DNA of 54,295 nucleotides from an uncultured Bacilli bacterium (lineage in GTDB: Bacteria > Bacillota_I > Bacilli_A > RF39 > UBA660): the NCBI GenBank assembly GCA_947624955.1, contig CANQMM010000003.1, positions 1 to 54,295 of the forward strand, in the 5' to 3' direction. The notes below the pieces were generated by a model. The model did no database searches. It saw only the letters and a program-made list of their open reading frames with translations, and was not told where the DNA came from. A program made the position numbers and the translations under genes. Shown here one piece after another: positions 9,796 to 18,410 of this stretch. The first letter of the stretch is position 1, and every line of letters begins with the position of its first letter.

Positions 9796-9908
9796 GTCAA
9801 GGAAACTTGCATAAAATAAAAATGGGAATGTTCAACAGTCTAGGTTGAGCACTCACCAATAAATTTGGTTTGGTACTTAATCTATTATAGATTGAGTACT
9901 ATTTTTTT
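9796..9908 (+). ncRNA. Putative type I antitoxin sRNA (about 110 nt)
   Basis: Promoter, 5' hairpin CAAG-GAAA-CTTG, and terminator GTACTTAATCTA/TAGATTGAGTAC + T7. Convergent with, and antisense to, the 3' end of the small hydrophobic ORF. Confidence 0.65.
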
Positions 9909-9988
9909 ATACATAGAATCATTACTGAAACTATCAATAAAATGATGATTAATATTAGAAATGTGATTAATAAATCTTTTTTCTTCAT
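9899..9988 (-). CDS. Putative type I toxin, 29-aa membrane peptide MKKKDLLITFLILIIILLIVSVMILCIKK (not in ORF track)
   Basis: GGGAGG RBS 9 nt upstream of ATG; single TM helix flanked by lysines; own promoter; convergent sRNA. Confidence 0.72.
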   Translation of the reverse strand: MKKKDLLITFLILIIILLIVSVMILCIKK

Positions 9989-10052
9989 AACATCAAGCCT
10001 CCCTTCAAAAGAAAGTTGGCAAGTACTCAACAGTTAAACATTCCTAAAATAA

Positions 10053-10081
10053 ATTATATCATAAAATTTACACACCGTAAA
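10053..10081 (-). promoter_or_regulatory. SigA promoter of toxin mRNA
   Basis: Minus strand TTTACG, 17-bp spacer, TG-a-TATAAT. Confidence 0.65.
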
Positions 10082-10144
10082 CATATATACTTTTATTTTA
10101 TATTTTATTGGGTGTGATATAATTATAATGGAAGGTGAATAAAT

Positions 10145-10837
10145 ATGAAAAAAGTTAAATTTATTATTTGTTTATGTTTAGCAATGAGTTTTGTTGGTTG
10201 TGGAAAGAAAGATGAGAGTAGTTATTACTGTGATGAAGGTACTTTAAATGGTGATAAGTGTGAGATTATTGCAACAAAGGAAGCTACATTAACTTGTGAT
10301 GAAGGATATACTATTCAAGATAACCAATGTGTTAAAGAAACTAAAGCTGATGCTGAATCTAGTAAAACTTGTGAATCTGGTTATACTTTAAGTGGTAATC
10401 AATGTGTAAGTGATAAAGATTATGAAAAAGTATCTAAACAGGTTTGTAAATTAACCGAACTATTTGATAAAGGAGATTTTACTTGGATTGGTGGAAAAAA
10501 AGATACGAGTGAAGCTTATATAGTAGATGGCAAGTGTTTTAATTCAACATGTGCTAGATTTATTGATGGGGAATGTTACGATGCGGCATTTGGTGAAGTT
10601 GGATATCAAACAGAAACTTCTTGTCCAAGTGACACAAAAGAAATAAATGGCAAATGTAAGAAGACAGCTAGTCCAAAAACAGACTATACTTGTGAAACTG
10701 GTACATTAGATGGTAAAAAATGTATTATTAGTGAAACCAAAGAAGCAAATGGCAGCTGTGAAGATGAAGATTACACTTATAATACGGAAAGCCATACTTG
10801 TGAAAAGAAAAGTATAAGCGATGCTAAAAAGAAATAG
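10145..10837 (+). CDS. Cys-repeat lipoprotein, unknown function
   Basis: Lipobox FVG-C19; six C-x2/3-(G)Y/T-x-L/I-x-G-x2-C-like repeats; 16 further Cys; own extended -10 promoter and terminator. Confidence 0.8.
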   Translation: MKKVKFIICLCLAMSFVGCGKKDESSYYCDEGTLNGDKCEIIATKEATLTCDEGYTIQDNQCVKETKADAESSKTCESGYTLSGNQCVSDKDYEKVSKQVCKLTELFDKGDFTWIGGKKDTSEAYIVDGKCFNSTCARFIDGECYDAAFGEVGYQTETSCPSDTKEINGKCKKTASPKTDYTCETGTLDGKKCIISETKEANGSCEDEDYTYNTESHTCEKKSISDAKKK

Positions 10838-10842
10838 AAGAT

Positions 10843-10866
10843 TGTCCTTTAAATAGGACATTTTTT
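10843..10866 (+). terminator. Intrinsic terminator
   Basis: TGTCCT-ttaaat-AGGACA + T6. Confidence 0.7.
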
Positions 10867-10877
10867 AATTATTCCTT

Positions 10878-10907
10878 ACATACTTTAAGTTATTTAGGGG
10901 AAGAATA
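10878..10907 (+). promoter_or_regulatory. SigF/SigG-type forespore promoter
   Basis: ACATA, 15-bp spacer, GGGAAGAATA (consensus GYATA-n15-GGnnAnAHTR) upstream of spoVT. Confidence 0.45.
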
Positions 10908-10929
10908 AGAGTAAGAATGGAGTGATAAC

Positions 10930-11445
10930 TTGAAGTCGACTGGAGTAATTAAGAAGATGGATGAGTTAGGAAGAATTGTCATACCTAAAGAGATGCGCAG
11001 AATTCTCAATATAAGGGATGGCGAAGTATTAGAATTATTTGTTAGTGATGATAATTTAGTAATGAAAAAACACGAAAGTTTTGAAGGGGTTATTAACAGT
11101 ATAACAAGAATAATAGATATATTTGATGAAGCAAGGATTTGTAAAAGTATTATCGTTGATAAAGAAAAAGTATTAGTAAGCAATATAAGTGATGCTAATG
11201 TAGCAATCAGCGATGTGTGTAAAAGCTATATAATAAATCGAGAAGAGTTAGTTGATGAAAATAATAGTTTAAAATTGGGGGAAAATTTAAATGGGAAGTA
11301 TTTATTTTTTTGTCCTTTAATTACGGATTTAGATGTAATTGGTGGAGTTATATTGGTATTCGATGAAGAGATTGATGAAGAGAAGAAGAAAATAGGTAGA
11401 TTGATGGCTAAATTGATAACTAATTGTATTGGTACTTTGGGTTGA
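10930..11445 (+). CDS. spoVT: Stage V sporulation protein T (AbrB domain + GAF)
   Basis: MKSTGVIKKMDELGRIVIPKEMRR AbrB domain, C-terminal GAF-like PLITDLDVIGGVIL; follows mfd as in B. subtilis; TTG start. Confidence 0.85.
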   Translation: MKSTGVIKKMDELGRIVIPKEMRRILNIRDGEVLELFVSDDNLVMKKHESFEGVINSITRIIDIFDEARICKSIIVDKEKVLVSNISDANVAISDVCKSYIINREELVDENNSLKLGENLNGKYLFFCPLITDLDVIGGVILVFDEEIDEEKKKIGRLMAKLITNCIGTLG

Positions 11446-11477
11446 TTAAATAAGATAAATGTGATATTATAAACTCG

Positions 11478-11675
11478 TATTTAACGAGGAAGAGATGGGT
11501 AAATATTTAGTAATTTATAGAGAGTTTATGGTTGGTGAAAATAAACAATTACGGATATTGAGTATGGATCTTGGAGTTAAAACGGGTAATTCCGTTATGA
11601 ATAAAGTGTATGATTAGTTCATAAACTAAGGTGGTACCGCGAGTAATTCGTCCTTAGATTTATGGGCTTTTTTAT
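11478..11675 (+). promoter_or_regulatory. Met-specific T-box riboswitch
   Basis: Promoter TTGATT-17-TATTAT (11442-11470), AGAGA and GGTGA boxes, ATG specifier at 11564-11566, T-box AAGGTGGTACCGCG (11628-11641), terminator and U-run. Confidence 0.92.
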
Positions 11676-11690
11676 TTAGGAGGAAGAAAT

Positions 11691-13223
11691 ATGGAAAAGA
11701 AATATGCAATTACAACGGCGATAGCTTATACGTCAGGAAAACCTCATATTGGGAATACTTATGAGATTGTTTTAGCTGATGCTATTGCAAGATTTAAAAG
11801 ATTACAAGGTTATGAGGTGTATTTTCAAACCGGTACTGATGAACACGGGGAAAAGATAGAATTAAAAGCTAAGGATGCAGGAGTTACACCCCAAGAATTT
11901 GTCGATGATGTAGCAGGTTCAATTAAGAATATCTGGGATTTAATGAATACGAGTTATGATAAGTTTGTTAGAACGACGGATAAGCATCACGAAGAAATAG
12001 TCCAAAAGATATTTAAGAAAATGTATGATAAGGGTGACATCTATAAAGGAGAATATAAAGGCTTATATTGTACGCCTTGTGAGTCATTTTGGACAGAGTC
12101 TCAACTTATCGATGGCAAATGTCCGGATTGTGGTAGAGGAGTCAAGATAGCGAGTGAAGAAGCTTACTTCTTTAAACTAAGTAATTATCAAGATAGATTA
12201 GTTAAATATATCGAAGAGCATCCGGAATTTATTCAACCTGAAGCGAGAAAGAATGAAATGCTAAATAATTTTATTAAGCCGGGATTACAAGATTTATGTG
12301 TATCAAGAACCTCTTTTAAATGGGGAATTCCCGTTACTTTTGACCCAAAACACGTCGTTTATGTATGGCTTGATGCTTTAACTAACTATATTACTTTTAT
12401 GGGATATGATCCGGATGGCAGCAGTGATAATTTCAAAGAGTGGTGGCCCTGTGACCTACATTTAATTGGTAAAGACATTATCCGTTTTCATACCATCTAT
12501 TGGCCTTGCTTTCTTTGGAGTTTAGACTTAGATTTACCAAAGCAAGTATTTGGACATCCTTGGCTTTTAATGAGCAATGATAAAATGAGTAAAAGTAAAG
12601 GTAATATTATCTATGCGGATGATTTAGTAAATACTTATGGAGTAGATGGCGTAAGATACTATTTATTACACGAAATACCTTTTGGTAATGATGGGAATAT
12701 TACTAATGAGTTAATGACAGAAAGATATAATTCGGATTTAGCGAATGTTTTAGGTAATCTAGTTAACCGAACCATTTCAATGAGTAAGAAATATTTTGAT
12801 GGCGTAGTTACGAATACTAAAGTTTATGAAGAGGTGGATGACAGTCTAATTAGTTTAGCTTCTTCTTTAGCAGATAGAGTTAGTGAAAAGATGGAGGAAT
12901 TACACGTAGGCGATGCTTTAGAGTTAGTTATGGATATGGCTAAAGCTTGTAATAAGTATATCGATGATACGGCACCTTGGGCTTTAGCAAAAGATGAAAG
13001 TAAGAAAGAAAGATTACAAACAGTTTTATATAATTTAATTGAAGCTATTAGAATTATTGCGGTTTTGTTACAGGCCTTCTTACCGGAAACTAGTGAAAAA
13101 ATCTTAAAACAAATTAATGCCACTGATAATAGTTTAGAATCGACGAAAGAGTTTGGAGTTTATAAATCAGGAAGTGTTGTTAATGAACCGGAAGTACTAT
13201 TTGCAAGGATTGAAAATAAGTAA
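11691..13223 (+). CDS. metG: Methionine--tRNA ligase (short form without C-terminal tRNA-binding domain)
   Basis: HIGN, GTDEHG, zinc knuckle, YVWLDAL and KMSKS; 510 aa. Confidence 0.98.
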   Translation: MEKKYAITTAIAYTSGKPHIGNTYEIVLADAIARFKRLQGYEVYFQTGTDEHGEKIELKAKDAGVTPQEFVDDVAGSIKNIWDLMNTSYDKFVRTTDKHHEEIVQKIFKKMYDKGDIYKGEYKGLYCTPCESFWTESQLIDGKCPDCGRGVKIASEEAYFFKLSNYQDRLVKYIEEHPEFIQPEARKNEMLNNFIKPGLQDLCVSRTSFKWGIPVTFDPKHVVYVWLDALTNYITFMGYDPDGSSDNFKEWWPCDLHLIGKDIIRFHTIYWPCFLWSLDLDLPKQVFGHPWLLMSNDKMSKSKGNIIYADDLVNTYGVDGVRYYLLHEIPFGNDGNITNELMTERYNSDLANVLGNLVNRTISMSKKYFDGVVTNTKVYEEVDDSLISLASSLADRVSEKMEELHVGDALELVMDMAKACNKYIDDTAPWALAKDESKKERLQTVLYNLIEAIRIIAVLLQAFLPETSEKILKQINATDNSLESTKEFGVYKSGSVVNEPEVLFARIENK

Positions 13224-13975
13224 TGAAATTAACAGATACGCATTGTCATATATATGGAGATTATTATGATGATATAGAAGAGGTCTTAAATAAGAGTAAG
13301 GACTTAGGAGTAGATAGATATTTTAATTGTGCGTGCGATGGTAAATCGATGCGGGAAGTTATCGAATTATCGAAGAACTATCCTAGTTTAATACCGGCGA
13401 TAGGTATTCATCCGGAAGCAGTAGACACTTATACGTTAGATGACATCAAATATTTAGAAGAACACGTTAAGGACTCTAATGTGGTAGCTATTGGGGAGAT
13501 TGGGTTAGATTATCATTATACGAAAGAAAATAGAGATAAACAGATTGAGTTATTGAAAAGGCAATTAAAGTTAGCGATGGATGTTAATAAGCCGGTAATT
13601 ATCCACAGTAGAGATGCTACCGAAGATACAATTGAAATACTTAAAGATTATCAATTACGAGGAGTAATTCACGCTTTTAGTGGCAGTTTAGAGACCGCTA
13701 AAAGATACATTAAGATGGGTTATTTACTTGGGATTGGTGGAGTTATTACTTTTAAGAATTGTAATTTAAAAGAAGTAGTCAAGAATATCGATTTAGAACA
13801 TATAATAATAGAAACAGATGCCCCGTATTTAGCACCGGTACCGCATAGAGGAGAAACTAACATACCAGGTTATGCTATGGAAACGGCTCGATATGTGGCA
13901 GAGTTAAAAGGGATAGATATTGAAGAACTAGTAAAAATTACCAATGACAATATTCGGCAGATTTTTGACAAATAG
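13223..13975 (+). CDS. tatD: TatD family DNase
   Basis: DTHCH, GIHP, IGEIGLDY, IIHSRDA and ETDAPYL. Confidence 0.95.
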   Translation: MKLTDTHCHIYGDYYDDIEEVLNKSKDLGVDRYFNCACDGKSMREVIELSKNYPSLIPAIGIHPEAVDTYTLDDIKYLEEHVKDSNVVAIGEIGLDYHYTKENRDKQIELLKRQLKLAMDVNKPVIIHSRDATEDTIEILKDYQLRGVIHAFSGSLETAKRYIKMGYLLGIGGVITFKNCNLKEVVKNIDLEHIIIETDAPYLAPVPHRGETNIPGYAMETARYVAELKGIDIEELVKITNDNIRQIFDK

Positions 13976-14016
13976 TAGGCGATATGCTAGAATTATCTTG
14001 TATTCGAGGTGAAATA

Positions 14017-14562
14017 ATGAAAAGTACTCTATTACGAAAATGCAGTAAAATTGCTCGAATTTTTGTAATTATGTTTTTAGTAGTATTCGTCCAAACAAGC
14101 TCTAATACACCAGAAGTAAAAGTAGAAAATGATAATTTAAATAAAACTTTAAATTTAACAGCGATGGCATTAAAGATTAAAGAAGATATAGCTAATGATT
14201 TATATTCAGCGAAAGATACTTTTGTAGGTGATTTAACGGGATATGGAGCAGATTGTCCATTATGTAGTGGAAAACTTGCTTGTATGCCGGAGTTAGATGT
14301 ATTACACGGTAATGTCAATTATTTAGATAGTGCTTATGGTAATGTAAGAATTGTCGCTTCATCCAAGAATTTACCTTGTGGGACGATCGTGCGATTTAAC
14401 AGTTCTAGAGTAAGTAGTGAACCGGTGATTGCCATTGTTTTGGATCGAGGTGTATTAGGTAAAGCTTTAGACTTATTAACTCCTAGTGAAGAGTATGCCG
14501 GTAAATATATTGGTAGACAAGAAATTACTTATGATGTATTAAGAAATGGATGGGGAGATTAA
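14017..14562 (+). CDS. 3D/RlpA-like double-psi barrel cell-wall protein at the yabE position
   Basis: N-terminal TM; LTGY..., IVAS...LPCGTIV, VLDRG...LDLL pattern. Own promoter TTGACA-17-TAGAAT (13965-13993); start moved to ATG 14017. Confidence 0.65.
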   Translation: MKSTLLRKCSKIARIFVIMFLVVFVQTSSNTPEVKVENDNLNKTLNLTAMALKIKEDIANDLYSAKDTFVGDLTGYGADCPLCSGKLACMPELDVLHGNVNYLDSAYGNVRIVASSKNLPCGTIVRFNSSRVSSEPVIAIVLDRGVLGKALDLLTPSEEYAGKYIGRQEITYDVLRNGWGD

Positions 14563-14583
14563 ACTCCCTTTTTTGAGGTATTT

Positions 14584-15366
14584 ATGGAGAAATTTAGATA
14601 TAAGAAAAGTTTAGGGCAGAATTTTTTAAAGGATGAGAATATTCTTAAAAGAATTAAAGATAGTGTCTTAGTTAAAGAGAATGATTTAGTCATTGAAATC
14701 GGACCCGGTAGTGGGGCTTTAACAAAATATTTAAAAGAGTATAAAGCAGATTTAAAGTGTTTTGAAATAGATGAAAGAGTGAAACCTTATTTAGATAAGT
14801 TAAAAGATGATAAAACGGAAATAATATATCAAGATTTTTTGCAAGTAAATATAAAAGATTACATCGATAAAGATTATGCCAATATTTATGTTATTGCTAA
14901 TTTACCATATTATATTACAACGCCGATAATTAAAAGAATAATCGATAGTGGAATAAAGATTAAACAGATGGTTTTAATGGTGCAAGAGGAAGTAGCCGAT
15001 CGATTTACGGCTTTACCGGGTAATAAGAGTTATGGCTCGATTACGGTTTATTTGAATTATTATTTTAAAGTGCAAAAATTATTTAGAGTCAGTAGGTCTT
15101 TTTTTGAGCCGGTGCCGAATGTCGATAGCGCGGTGATTAGTTTGGAAGCATTAGATACACCTTATGATATTAAAGATCCGGCTAAATTTTTTAAATTAGT
15201 TAATGATGCTTTTAGATTAAAAAGAAAGACTCTAAAGAATAATTTAAAGGATTATGATTTTGAAAAAGTGTTAGCAGTATTAATGGAACATAATTTAGGA
15301 GTGAATACGCGAGCTGAGGAATTAAGCATCGATATATTTATCGAGATTGCTAATAGGATATTTTGA
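14584..15366 (+). CDS. rsmA: 16S rRNA m6,2A1518/1519 dimethyltransferase
   Basis: KKSLGQNFL, EIGPGSGALT, ANLPYYIT and PVPNVDSAV. Confidence 0.97.
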   Translation: MEKFRYKKSLGQNFLKDENILKRIKDSVLVKENDLVIEIGPGSGALTKYLKEYKADLKCFEIDERVKPYLDKLKDDKTEIIYQDFLQVNIKDYIDKDYANIYVIANLPYYITTPIIKRIIDSGIKIKQMVLMVQEEVADRFTALPGNKSYGSITVYLNYYFKVQKLFRVSRSFFEPVPNVDSAVISLEALDTPYDIKDPAKFFKLVNDAFRLKRKTLKNNLKDYDFEKVLAVLMEHNLGVNTRAEELSIDIFIEIANRIF

Positions 15367-15430
15367 TATTTAAATGAGTTGTGTAAGTGCTAAAGAAGCA
15401 CTTTTTTTCATATGATGTATTGGTGATGTT

Positions 15431-16207
15431 ATGGATATACAAGTAGGAGATTATGTAACAAGAAATAGTTATAATAATGATACTACTTTTTTAGTGATTA
15501 ATATTGAAGATAATATTTACTATTTAAAGGGTGTGGATATCAGGTTATATGCTGATGCACCTTTAGATGATTTAGTAAAAGTACAAAAAGTTGTAGAAGA
15601 TGATGGATTCGTCGAGCGCGCTTGTGATGATTTAAAGCTCGATAGGAGTGAATATTTTTATTTACCAGCGAAGATACTGCATATAGATGGGGATGCCGAT
15701 TATTTAGAGCGGTGTCTTAAATTTTATAAAGATGCGAATGTGATGGCGATTGGCAAGACGATTAGAGAAGAAAGAATTGCAATTGAACTAAAAAAATTGT
15801 TAGAAGAATATCGCCCCGATGTATTAATAATTACCGGACACGATGCTTACTACCGAAAAGAAGGTAATATTGAAGATTTAAATAGTTATAAGAATACGAA
15901 AAATTTTGTAGAAGCGGTTAAAGTAGCTAGGCAATATGAAAAAAGTCACGAAAAATTAGTAATTATTGCCGGAGCTTGTCAAAGTAATTATGAAGAGTTA
16001 ATAAAAGCGGGTGCTAACTTTGCTAGTAGTCCTAAAAGAGTAAATATTCACGCCTTAGATCCGGCCATTATAGCGACGACGATATCGTTAACGGAAAGAA
16101 ATAAAGAGATAGATTTAATTAATTTACTTAGTAAAACGAAATATGGTAAAGATGGGATGGGCGGACTTTTGTGTAATGGACTTATGTATGTCGGCTATCC
16201 AAGATAG
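15431..16207 (+). CDS. yabG: Sporulation-specific peptidase YabG (U57)
   Basis: RLYADAPLDDL, ILHIDGD, ITGHD, AGACQS and GANFASSP.RVNIHALDP; CATATGAT SigK-type -10 at 15409-15416. Confidence 0.93.
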   Translation: MDIQVGDYVTRNSYNNDTTFLVINIEDNIYYLKGVDIRLYADAPLDDLVKVQKVVEDDGFVERACDDLKLDRSEYFYLPAKILHIDGDADYLERCLKFYKDANVMAIGKTIREERIAIELKKLLEEYRPDVLIITGHDAYYRKEGNIEDLNSYKNTKNFVEAVKVARQYEKSHEKLVIIAGACQSNYEELIKAGANFASSPKRVNIHALDPAIIATTISLTERNKEIDLINLLSKTKYGKDGMGGLLCNGLMYVGYPR

Positions 16208-16218
16208 AGAGGGGATTT

Positions 16219-16428
16219 ATGTTAGAGGATATTAAAAATAAAGTAAGAAATAATTTAAATAGGGAAGTAAAGGTAGTCGTCAATGGAATGCGTAATCATA
16301 AAGAGGTATTTAATGGGGTTTTAAGTAAGGCTTTACCTAATGTTTTTGTAGTGACGAGTAGGGGTTTAAATAAGACTTTTAGCTATGCTGATGTCTTAAT
16401 TGGTGATGTTGTTGTTTCTTACAAGTAA
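16219..16428 (+). CDS. veg: Veg family protein
   Basis: PNVFVV...SYADVL signature; yabG-veg order. Confidence 0.88.
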   Translation: MLEDIKNKVRNNLNREVKVVVNGMRNHKEVFNGVLSKALPNVFVVTSRGLNKTFSYADVLIGDVVVSYK

Positions 16429-16501
16429 ATTTTTGTTGATTTACGAGCAAATTTGCTATAAAATATATTTAAGTTGAAAGACTTTAGAGGGAGTGTAATG
16501 T

Positions 16502-16777
16502 ATGAAGGTTACATCAGTAAGTGTACGTAGAGTTGAAAAAGAAGGATCACGTATGAAAGGAATAGCATCTGTAGTACTAGATGATTCATTTGCTGTACAC
16601 GATATTAGAATCATAGAAGGAGACAATGGATTATTTATCGCAATGCCTAGTAGAAAAACAGCTACTGGTGGCTATAGAGATATTGCACATCCTATCAATC
16701 CTGATATGAGAAAAATGTTACAAGATGCTATTATCGATGAATTCAACAATACTTCTGTAGAAGAAACTGCTGAATAA
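16502..16777 (+). CDS. spoVG: Septation regulator SpoVG
   Basis: FAVHDIRIIEG..GLFIAMPSRK...YRDIAHPIN; promoter TTGATT-17-TAAAAT. Confidence 0.97.
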   Translation: MKVTSVSVRRVEKEGSRMKGIASVVLDDSFAVHDIRIIEGDNGLFIAMPSRKTATGGYRDIAHPINPDMRKMLQDAIIDEFNNTSVEETAE

Positions 16778-16788
16778 AAGTGATAATT

Positions 16789-16811
16789 AAAACTCCTCCG
16801 GGAGTTTTTTT
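16789..16811 (+). terminator. Intrinsic terminator after spoVG
   Basis: AAAACTCC-tccg-GGAGTTTTTTT. Confidence 0.8.
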
Positions 16812-16875
16812 GATGGGTTAAATAAATTGCGAATAAGTTAGGTGGACGAGCATATAATTTGGTAGGAGGATAAAG

Positions 16876-17169
16876 ATGAATAATAAAGGTATAGATAATT
16901 TAATTACGAGTAATCACGAATTTAAGGTAACTGATCGTTCCCAAATTTATATGACGGGGATTAAGAAAATCAATAGTTTTGATGATGAAGAATTTTTGAT
17001 GGAAACAACAATGGGGATAGTCTTATTAAAAGGTAATGGCTTAGAAATGATTAAATTAGATACGCACGATGGGCACGTATCCATTAAAGGACAAATCAAT
17101 AGTGTGACATATATCGATGATAAAAATGGTGGGAAAGAAGAAAGCTTTCTTTCAAAATTATTTAAATAA
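16876..17169 (+). CDS. yabP: Sporulation protein YabP
   Basis: TGIKKINSFDDEEFLMET.MG..LKG.GL and the C-terminal FLSKLFK; SigE-like GAATAAG-13-CATATAAT at 16831-16858. Confidence 0.92.
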   Translation: MNNKGIDNLITSNHEFKVTDRSQIYMTGIKKINSFDDEEFLMETTMGIVLLKGNGLEMIKLDTHDGHVSIKGQINSVTYIDDKNGGKEESFLSKLFK

Positions 17170-17477
17170 TGGATTATAGATTACAGTTATTATCTTTTTT
17201 GCTATCTTTTATCTTTGGTATCGTATTAGCAATCGTGAACCAAGTATTTTTAATTTATATAAGAAATAAATATCAGGTAATTAGATATTTATTGGCGACT
17301 TTTTTAGCTTTTGATTTGGCAATGTTATATATGGCTTTAATGTATAAGACTAATGAAGGGGTAGTCCATATATATTTTATTTTAGTAATGTTTATTGGGG
17401 TATATATTGGGAATAAAGTAAATATTTTGTCAATATTACAAAAGTTTAGGAAAGTTTGTTGTCGGAAGAAAAAGTAA
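17169..17477 (+). CDS. yabQ: Spore cortex protein YabQ (short)
   Basis: Three TM segments, Q at N-terminus, NEGVVHIY motif; located between yabP and divIC. Confidence 0.75.
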   Translation: MDYRLQLLSFLLSFIFGIVLAIVNQVFLIYIRNKYQVIRYLLATFLAFDLAMLYMALMYKTNEGVVHIYFILVMFIGVYIGNKVNILSILQKFRKVCCRKKK

Positions 17478-17514
17478 ATGCTATAATAAAAATGATAGGT
17501 AAGAGGGTGAAGAT

Positions 17515-17814
17515 GTGAAAAAGAAGCCAAGAAAGCTCGTTTTAAGAAGATTGACAGTAGAAATCGGTTTAATTGGAGTTTTAGTAATAGCAATAGTAGT
17601 ATCAACTTTTCATAGTTGGCAGACAATCAAGCAGAATAATGCCCAAGTTAAGGAACTAAATATGGCTTATACATCTTTACTAGAACAAGAGAAAGCAAAA
17701 AAATTAGAAGAGTCTAAATTACACGATGAAGATTATTTAGCAAGAATTGCTAGGGAAAAGTATTATTATTCAAAAGGTGATGAATTAATAATTCGCGTAG
17801 TCGATGGTGAATAG
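17515..17814 (+). CDS. divIC: Septum formation initiator DivIC/FtsB
   Basis: Basic N-terminus, TM, coiled coil, YLARIAREKYYYSKGDE motif. Confidence 0.88.
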   Translation: MKKKPRKLVLRRLTVEIGLIGVLVIAIVVSTFHSWQTIKQNNAQVKELNMAYTSLLEQEKAKKLEESKLHDEDYLARIAREKYYYSKGDELIIRVVDGE

Positions 17815-17882
17815 CAACTGTAAAGTTGTTTTTTTTAATGGTTCATTATATACTAAACAGGTAGAGTTTAGTAAGGTAGGGA

Positions 17883-18410
17883 TTGAAAATGGATGAATTA
17901 CAAGTGCGACTTGCTGCCCCATTACAACCGGATAGTATTGTCGACGGTGAAGGGATTAGGACAGTAATATGGTTTCAGGGGTGTAGTCACGATTGTCCGG
18001 GGTGTCATAATCCAAGTTCGCACGATTTTAATGGAGGCTTTTTAGCAAATGTTCAAGATATCGCAGAAGAAATAGCCAAGTTGGAATTTCAAGATGGTAT
18101 TACTTTTTCCGGTGGCGATCCCCTATTTCAGCCGGAAGCTTTGTTGGCGTTATTAAAAGCAACCCATAATAACAAATTAAATGCTTGGGTATATACGGGA
18201 TTTACTTATGAACAATTATTAAAGATGGCCGAGGAAAAGCCAATATACCGTGAGGTTTTAGAGAATATCGACATTTTAGTAGATGGGCGTTTTGTTTTAG
18301 CCCTTAAAAGTTTTGAGGTAATGTTTAGAGGTAGTAGTAATCAAAGAATTATCGATGTACCGAAGTCGCTTGCACAAGGGAAGGTAGTATTAGTTGAAAA
18401 ATATGTATGA
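17883..18410 (+). CDS. nrdG: Anaerobic ribonucleotide reductase activating radical-SAM protein
   Basis: SIVDGEGIR, CSHDCPGCHN, FSGGDP, DILVDGRF and FRGSSNQR. Confidence 0.93.
   Translation: MKMDELQVRLAAPLQPDSIVDGEGIRTVIWFQGCSHDCPGCHNPSSHDFNGGFLANVQDIAEEIAKLEFQDGITFSGGDPLFQPEALLALLKATHNNKLNAWVYTGFTYEQLLKMAEEKPIYREVLENIDILVDGRFVLALKSFEVMFRGSSNQRIIDVPKSLAQGKVVLVEKYV

Noticed and set aside
13599-13607. Perfect DnaA box TTATCCACA in tatD (another at 51827-51835 in cas9)
   Set aside because: Isolated copies inside coding sequence with no cluster or unwinding element; not oriC.
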